Of a stretch of DNA of 64,000 bases, positions 51,816-60,869 are shown piece by piece. A program made the translations under genes and the position numbers. The notes under the pieces are model-generated. The model did no database searches, had not been told where the DNA came from, and saw only the letters and a program-made list of their open reading frames with translations. Origin of the DNA: Eledone cirrhosa (taxonomy: Eukaryota); the NCBI GenBank assembly GCA_964016885.1, contig OZ024752.1:44020001-44084000 (forward strand). The letters run 5' to 3'. Position 1 is the stretch's first letter, and each line of letters starts with the position of its first letter.

Positions 51816-53014
51816 ATATATATATATATAAAATATTAAACAAATAATGAATAAACAATTTCTTATATTAAACAAAAAAAGTTCATTATTTAACGATCGT
51901 TTCTAGGATATATATGTGTTAGAGTTGGCATGCATATTCAACAGATCTATGTACAAAATTATACAAAATTATACAAACTATCAAGATTAAATATACATAC
52001 CAACACATATATACGCCGTCTTCAGAAATAATGAAGACGGCGTATATATGTGTTGGTATGTATATTTAATCTTGATAGTTTGTATAATTTTGTATAATTT
52101 TGTACATAGATCTGTTGAATATGCATGCCAACTCTAACACATATATATCCTAGAAACGATCGTTAAATAATGAACTTTTTTTGTTTAATATAAGAAATTG
52201 TTTATTCATTATTTGTTTAATATTTTATCTTGACTCTGTATACCGTTTATCTTTCACCGAAAGTGATTTTTCATTACATTTCTTCTTTCCATGATATCCG
52301 GAATACATTGAGTTCTTCATACGGATTGGACACTACCGTAAACTCTTGGTAGATTTATCTACATATATATATATATATATATTTATTAAAATAACATTAA
52401 AGTTTAAGCAAAGAATCGCTGCTTCCACCCTTAACGGGATCTTCTGAAACTAACAAAGTCAATCTGTGAACGCAGAAGTGAATATTTCAAAAAACGTTGC
52501 AACCGGAGGAAGACAGGAATACGATACTTTGGTTGGTGGAAACGTTCCCTCTTTGCTTAAACTTTAATCTGTTATTTTAATAAATATTTGCTCTACGGTT
52601 CTTATATATTTGATATATATTTATCCTTATCGAGCCCTCTTTGGATTTTAGTCTTCAAATTTATGATTATTACTATATATATATGTGTATATATATATAT
52701 GTATATGTGTGTGTATGTGTGTGTGTGTGTATGTATATATTTATATGTATGTATGTGTAAATGTGTGTATTGCTTACCACGTGTGTTTGTTTATTTATTT
52801 GCGTCCTTTCCTGTATCGCTGTCAACTTTATAATAATTTTATTTTCTTAAGTCGTATATTATTTATTTTTATGTGACGGCCTATTGCATTATATGGTTGT
52901 CCATTGTTTTTATTTTTATTTTTTCTTATAATTAATTGTGTGTGTGCGTATGTATGCGTGTATATATGTGTGTATGTATGTGTGTGTATGTACATGTATA
53001 TATATGTATGATTA

Positions 53015-53075
<61 letters not shown>

Positions 53076-53103
53076 TTGTGTATTTATGTGTATGTGTATG
53101 TAT

Positions 53104-53147
<44 letters not shown>

Positions 53148-53226
53148 ATATATATATATTTATGTGTATATATATATATATGTATGTGTGTATATATATA
53201 TATGTATGTGTATATATGTGTGTATG

Positions 53227-53257
<31 letters not shown>

Positions 53258-54097
53258 ATGTATATGTGTGTGTGAGTGTGTGTGTGTGTGTCTGCATGTG
53301 TATTTATCTACTTTTATATTTATTCTTTTTCCTTTCCTTCTTCCTTTTCCAGCCACACTTTCATATAGATTATATTTTTGTTTTTAAAATCCACTCTCAA
53401 TAAATACACCAGGATTTTTTCATTCTGATGACTGAAAGCAAATTTTGTTTGCTTTCAAGAAACCACTGGTAAATGAAATAATTATCTTATGTTGTTTATT
53501 ACATAACTAATATATATATATACAAGGAAAAAAGATGAAATCGAAAATGCAACTGGAGTCTTTTTCTTTTAAATATATATTTATATGGTTCCTTTACCGG
53601 TTTCGCAGTTCTTGTGTTGAGATGGAAGTTTGTGGTTTTTCTCGCATCAGATACGAGAAAAACCACAAACCTCCATCTCAATTCTACTTTTGAAATGCAC
53701 AAGAACTGCGAAACCGGTAAAGGAACCATATAAATATATATTTAAAAAAAAGACTCCAGTTGCATTTTCGATTTCATCTTTTTTCCTTGTACTTTCACTT
53801 GTGTAGGACATCTCGTTTTTTTTCATTTTGTAAAAAAAACCTCACGTTCTAATATATATATAAATACAAGTTAATATAAATTATAAACACGTAAGTGTTT
53901 GCATTGCAAAAGACTAAGTTAGCTAGAATGAAATAAACTAATTAAAATAATTTTAATTAGTTTATTTCATTCTAGCTAACTTAGTCTTTTGCAATGCAAA
54001 CACTTACGTGTTTATAATTTATATTAACTTGTATTTCATGGCTCAGAAGTGCTTCTTTCATTGAGCTAATTAATTGTAAATGACTCTAAATATAATA

Positions 54098-54143
<46 letters not shown>

Positions 54144-57100
54144 ATATATATACTTTTGGGAGAGAGGGGGCTGTTTTGCTTGTTTTTGTTTATTTGTTTT
54201 TCCTTTAATTATATCAGAGTACTCTCTCTACTCTCTACTCTATCTTTCAATGAAAAAGATGAACAGAAATCAATTATTAATTATCTCTCAACAGATTTAT
54301 AAATTGAACAACAATCTTTAAACTATGTAAATATAAGGGTTTTGTCATATGTTCTTACCACATCACCGATATCCAAGTCCTCACCACTTTTCTTACACTG
54401 CAAATATAAAAAAGAAAGGAATGATATATTCTTGTTCCAAAAATTAAAAAAGTTATCAATTACATTATATACATATGTGAACATTTTCATGTGTGTGTAT
54501 ATATATATATGTTGTTATGTGTGTATATATGTTAATGTATATAGTACACTGTTATTGTGTGTGTATATATAAGTGTATATGGTACACTGTTGTTGTGTGT
54601 GTATATTTGTTTTGATTATATGGTTTCTAGGTGTGGACGTCCTTCCAAACACAAACCATCTCATTGATATATATTTTCTTTATAAGTACAGTTCTCTGTG
54701 TGAAAATATTACTGGGTACCCTTCTACTGATATTTATCTGAATGGCTAAATGTCAGTAGAAGGACACCCAGCAATCACGACCAGGGTGCCACCTGGTCCC
54801 CTTACAGTGTAAAAGGTTAAGGGCCGAAACACTTGCTTGATGCAGGTTTCTTCTCTGAAGACTTTCTGCTGTCCAGCTCTCCTGGGAGTTTCTTCTCTGA
54901 AAACCTGCTGTCCAGCTCTCCTCAGATTTTCTTCTCTGAAAACCTTCTGCTGTCCAGCTCACCTGGGAGTTTCTTCTCTGAAGACCTTCTGCTGTCCAGC
55001 TCTCCTGGGAGTTTCTTCTCTGAAGACCTTCTGCTGTCCAGCTCTCCTGGGAGTTTCTTCTATGAAGACCTTCTGCTGTCCAGCTCTCCTGGGAGTTTCT
55101 TCTATGAAAACCTGCCGTCCAGCTCTCCTCAGAGTTTCTTCTCTGAAGACCTTCTGCTGTCCAGCTCTCCTCAGAGTTTCTTCTCTGAAGACCTTCTGCT
55201 GTCCAGCTCTCCTCAGAGTTTCTTCTGTGAAGACCTTCTGCTATCCAGCTCTCCTCAGAGTTTCTTCTGTGAAGACTTTCTGCTGTCCAGCTCTCCTCAG
55301 AGTTTCTTCTCTGAAGACCTTCTGCTGTCCAGCTCTCCTCAGAGTTTCTTCTGTGAAGACCTTCTGCTATCCAGCTCTCCTCAGAGTTTCTTCTGTGAAG
55401 ACCTTCTGCTGTCCAGCTCTCCTCAGAGTTTCTTCTGTGAAGACCTTCTGCTATCCAGCTCTCCTCAGAGTTTCTTCTGTGAAGACCTTCTGCTGTCCAG
55501 CTCTCCTCAGAGTTTCTTCTCTGAAGACCTTCTGCTGTCCAGCTCTCCTCAGAGTTTCTTCTCTGAAGACCTTCTGCTGTCCAGCTCTCCTCAGAGTTTC
55601 TTCTCTGAAGACCTTCTGCTGTCCAGCTCTCCTCAGAGTTTCTTCTCTGAAGACCTTCTGCTGTCCAGCTCTCCTCAGAGTTTCTAACCAGTTTTATTTT
55701 TATGTTTTTCTATATTTCTATATGTGTGTACATGGTTGATTAAAAGTGTGTATGTGATTGTATGGGTTAAATTACGCATCTACACTTACATTCTTTTTTT
55801 CTCTTCCCCTCAGTCCTGCACACTGAAAACAAATAAATGAAAATCGTAATTATTAAAGTAAATAATTAGTGATTTACATTTCTAGAGTCTATTTATTTTC
55901 ATTTTATTTATTCCATGGTAAATAAAAATAACAAAAATTAGCTGTTATTGTTGTCATGCAATGAATAAATACATCAACAAAACTTAATATGATATCAATC
56001 ATGTACATTATCAAGGGCAGTACCCCAGCATGGCCTCAGCCAGATGGCTGGAACAGGTAAAAGAGTAAAAGAGTAAAAGAGTATTATTTAGCGTCCATAC
56101 TGTAACGAGGTTGTCGTTAGGAAGGACATCCAGCTCTAGAAACCATATCAACATATAGATCCATATGAGCAACACTTGGTCACCTAACCTGAATTATCTC
56201 ACATGACAACACATCTGGCCCATAGGAGCAGGGAAAGATAGATGTGAGACGATGATGATGGTAGTGGTGGTGGTGTGGTGGGGGTGGGGCGTGATGATGA
56301 TGATGATGATGATGGTAGTGGTGGTGGTGTGGTGGTGGTGGTGATGATGATGACGGAGGTAGTGGTGGTGGTGTGGTGGTGGTGGTGGTAGTGGTGATGA
56401 TGATGATGATGATGGTAGTGGTGGTGGTATGGTGGTGGTGGTGGTGATGATGATGATGATGATGATGGTAGTGGTGGTGGTGATGGTAGTGGTGGTGATG
56501 ATGGTAGTAGTGGTAATGATGATGATAAGGATGATGTATAGGTTAATTTGAGAGAAATTGAGGTGCTATTTCTAACAGGTTAAGTAATCACGTAGATATT
56601 CCCTTGTTCAGTTCAGCAACATTGCCATTGATATATACCAACCTTTAAAATTGGATATTTTATTCTAAAATCTCTCCAGAATTGATTATATTGAAAATTA
56701 AATGAAACACACAGTCTACTCTTTAAAAATAAAGATACAAAAATTAAGTGAAACACAGTCTACTCTTTAAAAATAAAGATACAAAAATTAAGTGAAACAC
56801 ATTCAGATTGATAATATTTGATGATCTAAAATATGATAAAACCAAAACTGTTTTAATCAAACTTAAACTAAACAATAAATATTGTAAATTGTTTAATGTA
56901 TCTTCTTACTCTTTGAGGATTGGGACCAGGGCCACGCCCGTGGCTTTCTTTTTTACACTGCAATAACAAGATTAGAAAGAACAATAAGTCTTTGTTGACA
57001 GAATAAGTGTATAGGCATTATTAACCCTTTAGCATTTAAACTGGCTGTAACTGGCCACTCATACTAATATTAAGGTATTGTTCTCAAAATAAATAATATC

Positions 57101-57527
57101 AAAATCTCATAGATTCGATATTATGTGAGATATTATGTGAGGTAAAGCTTTTGCCATGAAAATACAATAGTATATATAGAGTAATGTAAATGGTAAAGGG
57201 TTAAAAATGTTTTTTAAACATATATTTATGTGAATGTGTGTGCATGAGTTGTATATTTATGTTCATATATTTCAGTATATGTGTGGTTCACGTGTGTTGT
57301 TGAATATGTGTATGAGGTTATATGTTTCCTCTATTGTTCATGTGCTTGTGTGTGTGTGTGTCTCTGTGTTTATATGCATACATGTGTATGTGTGATATAT
57401 ATTTAAGATGGATGCCTGTATGTGTGTAAGTCAGATAAATATACAGTAAACTTACTTTTGCTTTATCCTTTCCGTCTAAATTTTTACACTAAAAATAGAA
57501 ATAAAAAATAAAAATTTATATTCACGC

Positions 57528-57563
<36 letters not shown>

Positions 57564-58542
57564 GCATATATATATATATATGCGTGTGTTTATTTAGATT
57601 TACTGCTTGTTTAAATCTCATAACTTCCATGACTTAGCAGCTCGACAAGTAGCAGACTTTAGACTTTGGAAAAGAAAAACAAAAAGAAAGTATGATCGAC
57701 TAAAATCTTGAGAAGTTATTGCTCCATCATGGTCGCGCAGTTCAATGACATATTCGTCTTCTTCTTCTTCCTGTCTTATGCACAATATTTAGAGAAGCAG
57801 ATCGAGATTGTTGAGCCAGACTACATTTGTAGTATTTAGTTTAATGACTGAAAACCAGTTAACCCTTTACATTTAAACCAGCCATATCCGGCCAAAATTC
57901 TCTCACCCCTTTCTGTTCAAACCGGCTGTAACTAGTTGCTCATACTTATGTTAAGGTATTGTTCTCAAAATAAATAATATCAAAACCTTTTTGATTTCCA
58001 TGTGTCTAACACACATGGACATGCCCACAAAGTCAAAAAACAGCACAGTTGCCATGACTCTCGGAAACATTTTTTCACGCTCAGAGTTGCTGAAGCACGG
58101 AACAAACTACCTGCATCAGTTGTTAGCTGTCGAGACACTGCATCCTTTAAGGCCTCCCTGCTTCCCGAGATCCGCCAACACTACAGCTAATGTTCCCCCT
58201 CCATACACATACACACATGTATACCATGACTCATACACTATTCACTTCCCTGACATTTGTATATTATTCTATGTACTATACATACACCTTTGACGAGTTG
58301 TAGTGCACCTGAGCACTTTACACAATAATTTCATTATTATTATTATTATTATTATTAAAATCTTATAGATGCAATATTATGAGAGATAATTATGTAAGAT
58401 AAAGCCTTTACCACGAAAATACAATAGTAAATATAGAGTAATGTAAATGTTAAAGGATTAAAGACTAAAAAAATAATCTGAATTATTTACGACAATGGAG
58501 TATATTCTTGAAATCATTTACCTTCTTCTTGGCTTTAGATTC
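17400..58542 (-). CDS. Mosaic trypsin-family serine protease (Tequila/GRAAL/neurotrypsin-like), at least 36 exons, about 1327 aa reconstructed; 5' end not found
   Basis: Frame-continuous exon chain in transcript order: 58522-58542, 57456-57488, 56910-56957, 55790-55822, 54359-54397, 50958-51043, 50267-50401, 49260-49435, 47360-47530, 44660-44755, 43504-43686, 42728-42846, 41125-41311, 40315-40381, 40033-40103, 39580-39631, 39011-39081, 38212-38263, 37684-37754, 37272-37326, 36340-36410, 35715-35811, 35092-35162, 33244-33335, 32428-32572, 31486-31596, 30798-30948, 29939-30117, 28878-28985, 26957-27098, 25724-25950, 23222-23462, 19510-19625, 18207-18374, 17656-17826, 17400-17527 (TGA). The five 5' micro-exons are less certain than the rest. 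Confidence 0.9.
21915..22145. repeat. Degenerate about 30-bp tandem repeat
   Basis: TATATCTA(C/G)CAGACCAGTCAGGTGG..., about 7 copies. Confidence 0.8.
25724..31596 (-). CDS. Protease: LDLa-SRCR-LDLa-SRCR block plus Thr-rich linker
   Basis: LDLa [36 protein letters not shown]; [33 protein letters not shown]...[13 protein letters not shown]; LDLa [35 protein letters not shown]; SRCR GRIEI...GSVCDDNF...IWFDEVDC...[13 protein letters not shown]. Confidence 0.92.
25969..26133. repeat. 29-bp tandem repeat abutting an SRCR exon acceptor
   Basis: GATTGTAATAACAAAATCAATAATTAATA, about 5.5 copies. Confidence 0.9.
27815..28752 (+). mobile_element. 5'-truncated CR1/L2-type LINE with (ATT)n tail
   Basis: [16 protein letters not shown]-x-L-x-L-x-x-x-KC, [34 protein letters not shown]...FFTLRV-x-x-AWN-x-LP. 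It is flanked by the 19-bp direct repeat ATATACACCATAACCCCAC. Confidence 0.88.
29594..29783. repeat. GC-rich imperfect inverted repeat (about 68-bp arms), MITE-like
   Basis: GAGGTAAG...CACTGGAACAGCCAAG / CTTGGCTGTTCCAGTG...CTTGCCTC. Confidence 0.8.
31615..32375. repeat. 20-bp minisatellite, about 38 copies, filling the PAN-LDLa intron
   Basis: TATATAGTTTGGT(A/T)ACA(CAA/GAC/GAA) in tandem. Confidence 0.95.
32428..33335 (-). CDS. Protease: PAN/apple-like domain (2 exons)
   Basis: ...VRIPLET|[27 protein letters not shown] fits the PAN C-x3-C...C-x-x-F-x-Y...C-x-L pattern. Exon phases 1-0-1 fit the neighbours. Confidence 0.75.
34061..35068. repeat. 27-bp minisatellite, about 37 copies
   Basis: CAATATTGTCACCTGTTATACCTACCA in tandem. 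It generates the spurious repetitive ORFs in several frames. Confidence 0.95.
35092..40381 (-). CDS. Protease: five tandem LDL-receptor class A modules, each split over two exons
   Basis: Five 71-nt exons read CI-x3-WKCDG-x-x-DC-x4-DE-x-x-C. Each is preceded by a short exon carrying the first two Cys, for example [13 protein letters not shown] and [13 protein letters not shown]. Confidence 0.9.
39205..39410. repeat. 14-bp tandem repeat
   Basis: GGG(A/G)ATATTTTAGT, about 14 copies. Confidence 0.9.
40104..40258 (-). repeat. 40-bp tandem repeat of an LDLa exon acceptor
   Basis: Minus unit ATGTATTAATATTAAATTAAGTGTGTTTTTATTATAACAG, about 4 copies. Confidence 0.9.
41125..42846 (-). CDS. Protease: kringle domain plus Thr-rich linker (2 exons)
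   Basis: [12 protein letters not shown]...[10 protein letters not shown]...|[21 protein letters not shown]...FGYCKINQC contains the canonical kringle NYCRNPD and PWC motifs. Confidence 0.93.
42125..42520. repeat. 23-26-bp minisatellite
   Basis: GGGGAGGTTATCATGTCACCAACAC(A/G), about 15 copies. Confidence 0.92.
42868..43460. repeat. AT-rich 16-17-bp satellite with an internally inverted block
   Basis: ATATTAATAGTTAACC(A) units; about 43172-43242 runs in the opposite orientation. Confidence 0.88.
43504..47530 (-). CDS. Protease: C-type lectin-like domain (3 exons)
   Basis: [16 protein letters not shown]...[24 protein letters not shown]; VWLTDG...WYW...FWFPG; EPNIFGRC...WKASNC...GFICE. Confidence 0.85.
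44922..46600 (+). mobile_element. RTE-clade LINE remnant with internal deletions and an intra-RT Cys/His finger
   Basis: [44 protein letters not shown]...C-x-x-C-x-x-WVHKRC, [24 protein letters not shown]. The central RT segments are deleted and there is an in-frame stop. Confidence 0.88.
46640..46697 (+). ncRNA. Type I hammerhead ribozyme fold (partly decayed)
   Basis: ATAC-CTGATGA-tatcACCGGaTTCatacgGAAcCCGGTcatt-GAA-ATGATCAT-A-GTAT: 4-bp stem I, palindromic stem III, AUA triplet. Confidence 0.6.
49260..51043 (-). CDS. Protease: N-terminal SRCR domain (3 exons)
   Basis: SRIRLTG...[34 protein letters not shown]|...[16 protein letters not shown]...[13 protein letters not shown]. Confidence 0.9.
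51205..51285 (-). ncRNA. Degenerate type I hammerhead-like fold
   Basis: Minus strand TTGT-CTGAGGA-ggacATGTtttgcTTTATGT(tat)ACATAAAactttACATcttc-GAA-ATATATAT-A-ATGA. The core is intact and stem II closes with G-C, but stem I is weak (wobble pairs). Confidence 0.45.
51828..52228. repeat. Perfect inverted repeat, 197-bp arms, 7-nt spacer
   Basis: 51828-52024 is the reverse complement of 52032-52228; the spacer is GAAATAA. Confidence 0.92.
51886..52031 (-). ncRNA. Type I hammerhead ribozyme fold with elongated stem II
   Basis: Minus strand TTATTT-CTGAAGA-[about 115 nt with TATATATGTGTT/AACACATATATA pairing]-GAA-ACGATCGT-T-AAATAA: 6-bp stem I, palindromic stem III, GUU triplet. Confidence 0.62.
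53418..53478 (+). ncRNA. Type I hammerhead ribozyme fold
   Basis: TTTCATT-CTGATGA-c-TGAAAGCAAA(ttttg)TTTGCTTTCA-a-GAA-ACCA(c)TGGT-A-AATGAAA: 7-bp stem I, 10-bp stem II, near-palindromic stem III, GUA cleavage triplet. Confidence 0.72.
53521..53791. repeat. Nested inverted repeat (about 95-bp outer and 28-bp inner arms)
   Basis: 53521-53616 pairs with 53698-53791; 53617-53644 pairs with 53654-53681. Confidence 0.88.
53862..54036. repeat. Perfect palindrome, 87-bp arms, 1-nt spacer
   Basis: 53862-53948 is the reverse complement of 53950-54036. Confidence 0.92.
54359..58542 (-). CDS. Protease: five phase-0 micro-exons (21-48 nt) upstream of SRCR1
   Basis: ESKAKKK | [11 protein letters not shown] | [16 protein letters not shown] | [11 protein letters not shown] | [13 protein letters not shown]. 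Each has a pyrimidine tract plus YAG acceptor and a GTAA donor, and every length is a multiple of 3. Confidence 0.68.
54845..55684. repeat. 42-bp minisatellite, about 20 copies
   Basis: AGTTTCTTCT(C/G)TGAAGACCTTCTGCTGTCCAGCTCTCCTCAG in tandem, lying between two micro-exons. Confidence 0.95.
57988..58356 (+). mobile_element. 3' fragment of the same CR1-type LINE, inserted in a MITE copy
   Basis: Near-identical to 28435-28752 and ends in (ATT)n. Other 3' fragments lie at about 19190-19460(-), 26175-26385(+), 36230-36310(-) and 47642-47858(-). Confidence 0.8.
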
Positions 58543-59440
58543 CTGTAAAAACAATGCCAGGACAAAGATTACAAGGATAAAAATTGATAACTTCATCCTG
58601 TTCCCATGAATATTTGAATGTTTGCAAATAAGAAAACAAAAGTGAATCTGAGATGAGAATGAAGAGTGTGGGGGGAGGGGGTTGCGTGGGGAGAGGGAAC
58701 GGTGGTGAAGGTGGGGTGGGGGTGGGGGTTACGAGAGGGGAGGGGTGACGTGTGTGTGTGGGGGGGGGGGGGGGGTATAAATAATCTTCAGTTTCTTTCA
58801 TTGTCAACTTAGCTGCTTCTCTTTCTAAACTACTAACACCATCATCATCATCAACATAACTTGGTTTTTTATCTGCTTTCTTCTCCTTCTCCTCCTCCCC
58901 CTCTCGCCCAATTGTTATACCCCCCCCCCTCCACAATTTATGTAAACTGTCGGGTAATGCCCCCCAATTTGGTGCCACTGTGACCAACAAAAGAAACTCT
59001 GATCAGATGAGGTCAACTTTGCCTTTCACCCTTCCTGGGGGTGGAGGTGGTGCAACAAAATAAAGTAGCAGTAATGTACTGGGGGTCTATTTAATATCTC
59101 TCCGCCCCCAAATTGCTGGCCTTGTGCCAAAAGTAGAAACAGTTATTATTATTGTTATCATTGTTATTGTCGCTTGGCAGTATCAGCAGAGGGTCGGACG
59201 CCATGTTTTACAGCATAGAGTTACGGCCCTTTATGATATGAGTTCAAATCCCGCCCAGGTTAACTTTGCCTTTCATCCTTATGGGGTCGATAAAATAAAG
59301 TACCAGTCACACACTGGGGTCGATTTAATCGGCTTTCCCCTCCCCCCAAATTACTGGCCTTCTGCCTAAAATAGAAACAATTATTATTATTTCCTTTTTT
59401 GTCTCTGATGTTATCTTGTTCGTTGTTTACATTGTCAATG

Positions 59441-59472
<32 letters not shown>

Positions 59473-59953
59473 GGTGGTGGTGATGGTGGTGGTGGTGGCA
59501 GTGGTGGTGGTGGTGTTGTTGTTGTTGGTGGTGGTGGTGTTGTTGTTGTTGGTGGTGCTGTTGTTGGTGTTGTTGTTGGTGGTGCTGTTGTTGTTGGTGT
59601 TGTTGTTGGTGGTGTTGTTGGTGATGCTGTTGTTGTTGGTGTTGTTGTTGTTGGTGCTGCTGTTGTTGGTGTTGTTGTTGTTGGTGGTGCTGTTGTTGGT
59701 GGTGTTGTTGTTGGTGATGCTGTTGTTGTTGGTGTTGTTGTTGTTGGTGTTGTTGTTGGTGGTGTTGTTGTTGGTGGTGCTGTTGTTGTTGTTGGTGGTG
59801 GTGGTGGTGCTGTTGTTGTTGGTGGTGGTGGTGGTGTTGTTGTTCTGAGTTTCTTTTTCTCTAAAACAAGAACAACTTTTCTCCTGTTTCCCATTTCAGT
59901 AACTTGATAACTTGATACAGTTTTTAGGTCAGGAGAGAGCCATTGTCTTATGT

Positions 59954-59986
<33 letters not shown>

Positions 59987-59994
59987 ATGCGTGC

Positions 59995-60355
59995 TTACAA
60001 GGTCAATAGGCAAAACAGCTGTGAATCTGTTGAACATGAAAGAGATTCCCCTAAATGTAATGTCTGGTGGGGATTAGGGGGAAAAAACCCTTCTTTCTTT
60101 GAAGGGTTTGTTGTTAATGGTGATAGCTATTTAGAAATGTTGCAAAATTACTTAATTCTTAAGATAGAGAATATAGTGTTTTAACAAGATGGCGCTGCTT
60201 GTCACGTTGCAAGTTAGGCTGTTTCTAATGAAGCATTCCTTAATAGATGCATTGGAAGAGATGGACCATTATATTGGCCTCCATGATCACCAGATGTGAC
60301 TGGAGACAGTTACCCACCCTTAGCTTTTGCTAGAATTCACTAGATGGAGCTATGC
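59995..60355 (+). mobile_element. Decayed Tc1/mariner transposase fragment
   Basis: HERDSPKCNVW-x-G...FFEG-x-VVNGDSYLEML...F*QDGA-x-CH...IGRDGPLYWPP*SPD matches DDE/D catalytic-domain motifs, with stops. Confidence 0.75.
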
Positions 60356-60869
60356 CATTAGCTTCCAAATTTATAGCTGAATTCTTTCAAAATGTTTATT
60401 AATAAACATACTGTATATCGCTAGATATACAAAAACACATACTATATATATTTGAAAAAAGGAAAAGAATGACTTCACTTGTAGTTCTAAACAATTTCAT
60501 TTAATTTTATAATATTATAATATTATGAGTTGGTAGATCTAGTAAGTTCTTTATTAACTTCGGTGGAAAAATGTTTAAAGATTCCTGGTTAACTTTACTG
60601 GAGAACTTTCTAGCATTCGTTGGTGGTGATTGTCAAACTGAGATCAGGTTGTGTTGTGATGTGTGACTCTCTATATAAGAGAGATTTGGATGTGTCTGGG
60701 TGTGCGGTGTGCTGTTAATGAGTGTAGGAGTGAAGGAGTGTTGATGAAGATTTAAAGGAATTAAAGGAGGTTGTTTAGTTGATCCAACAACGGGAGCTAT
60801 CATCGTCAAAACTGACTGAGGCCCCTCCATTCTCTTCTTTTTAGAAATGTAGAATGAAGTCTCTTGTTT

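Noticed and set aside
54833-55739. 284/300-aa ORFs; units contain CTGAAGA (+) and CTGAGGA...GAAA (-), suggesting a ribozyme array or CRISPR
   Set aside because: This is a 42-bp tandem repeat without unique spacers, and I could not build stems I and III in hammerhead order.
58780-58905. Protein-like stretch EEEKEKKADKKPSYVDDDDGVSSLEREAAKLTMKETEDY on the minus strand
   Set aside because: No convincing acceptor or donor, and it is bounded by G/C homopolymers. Left unassigned.
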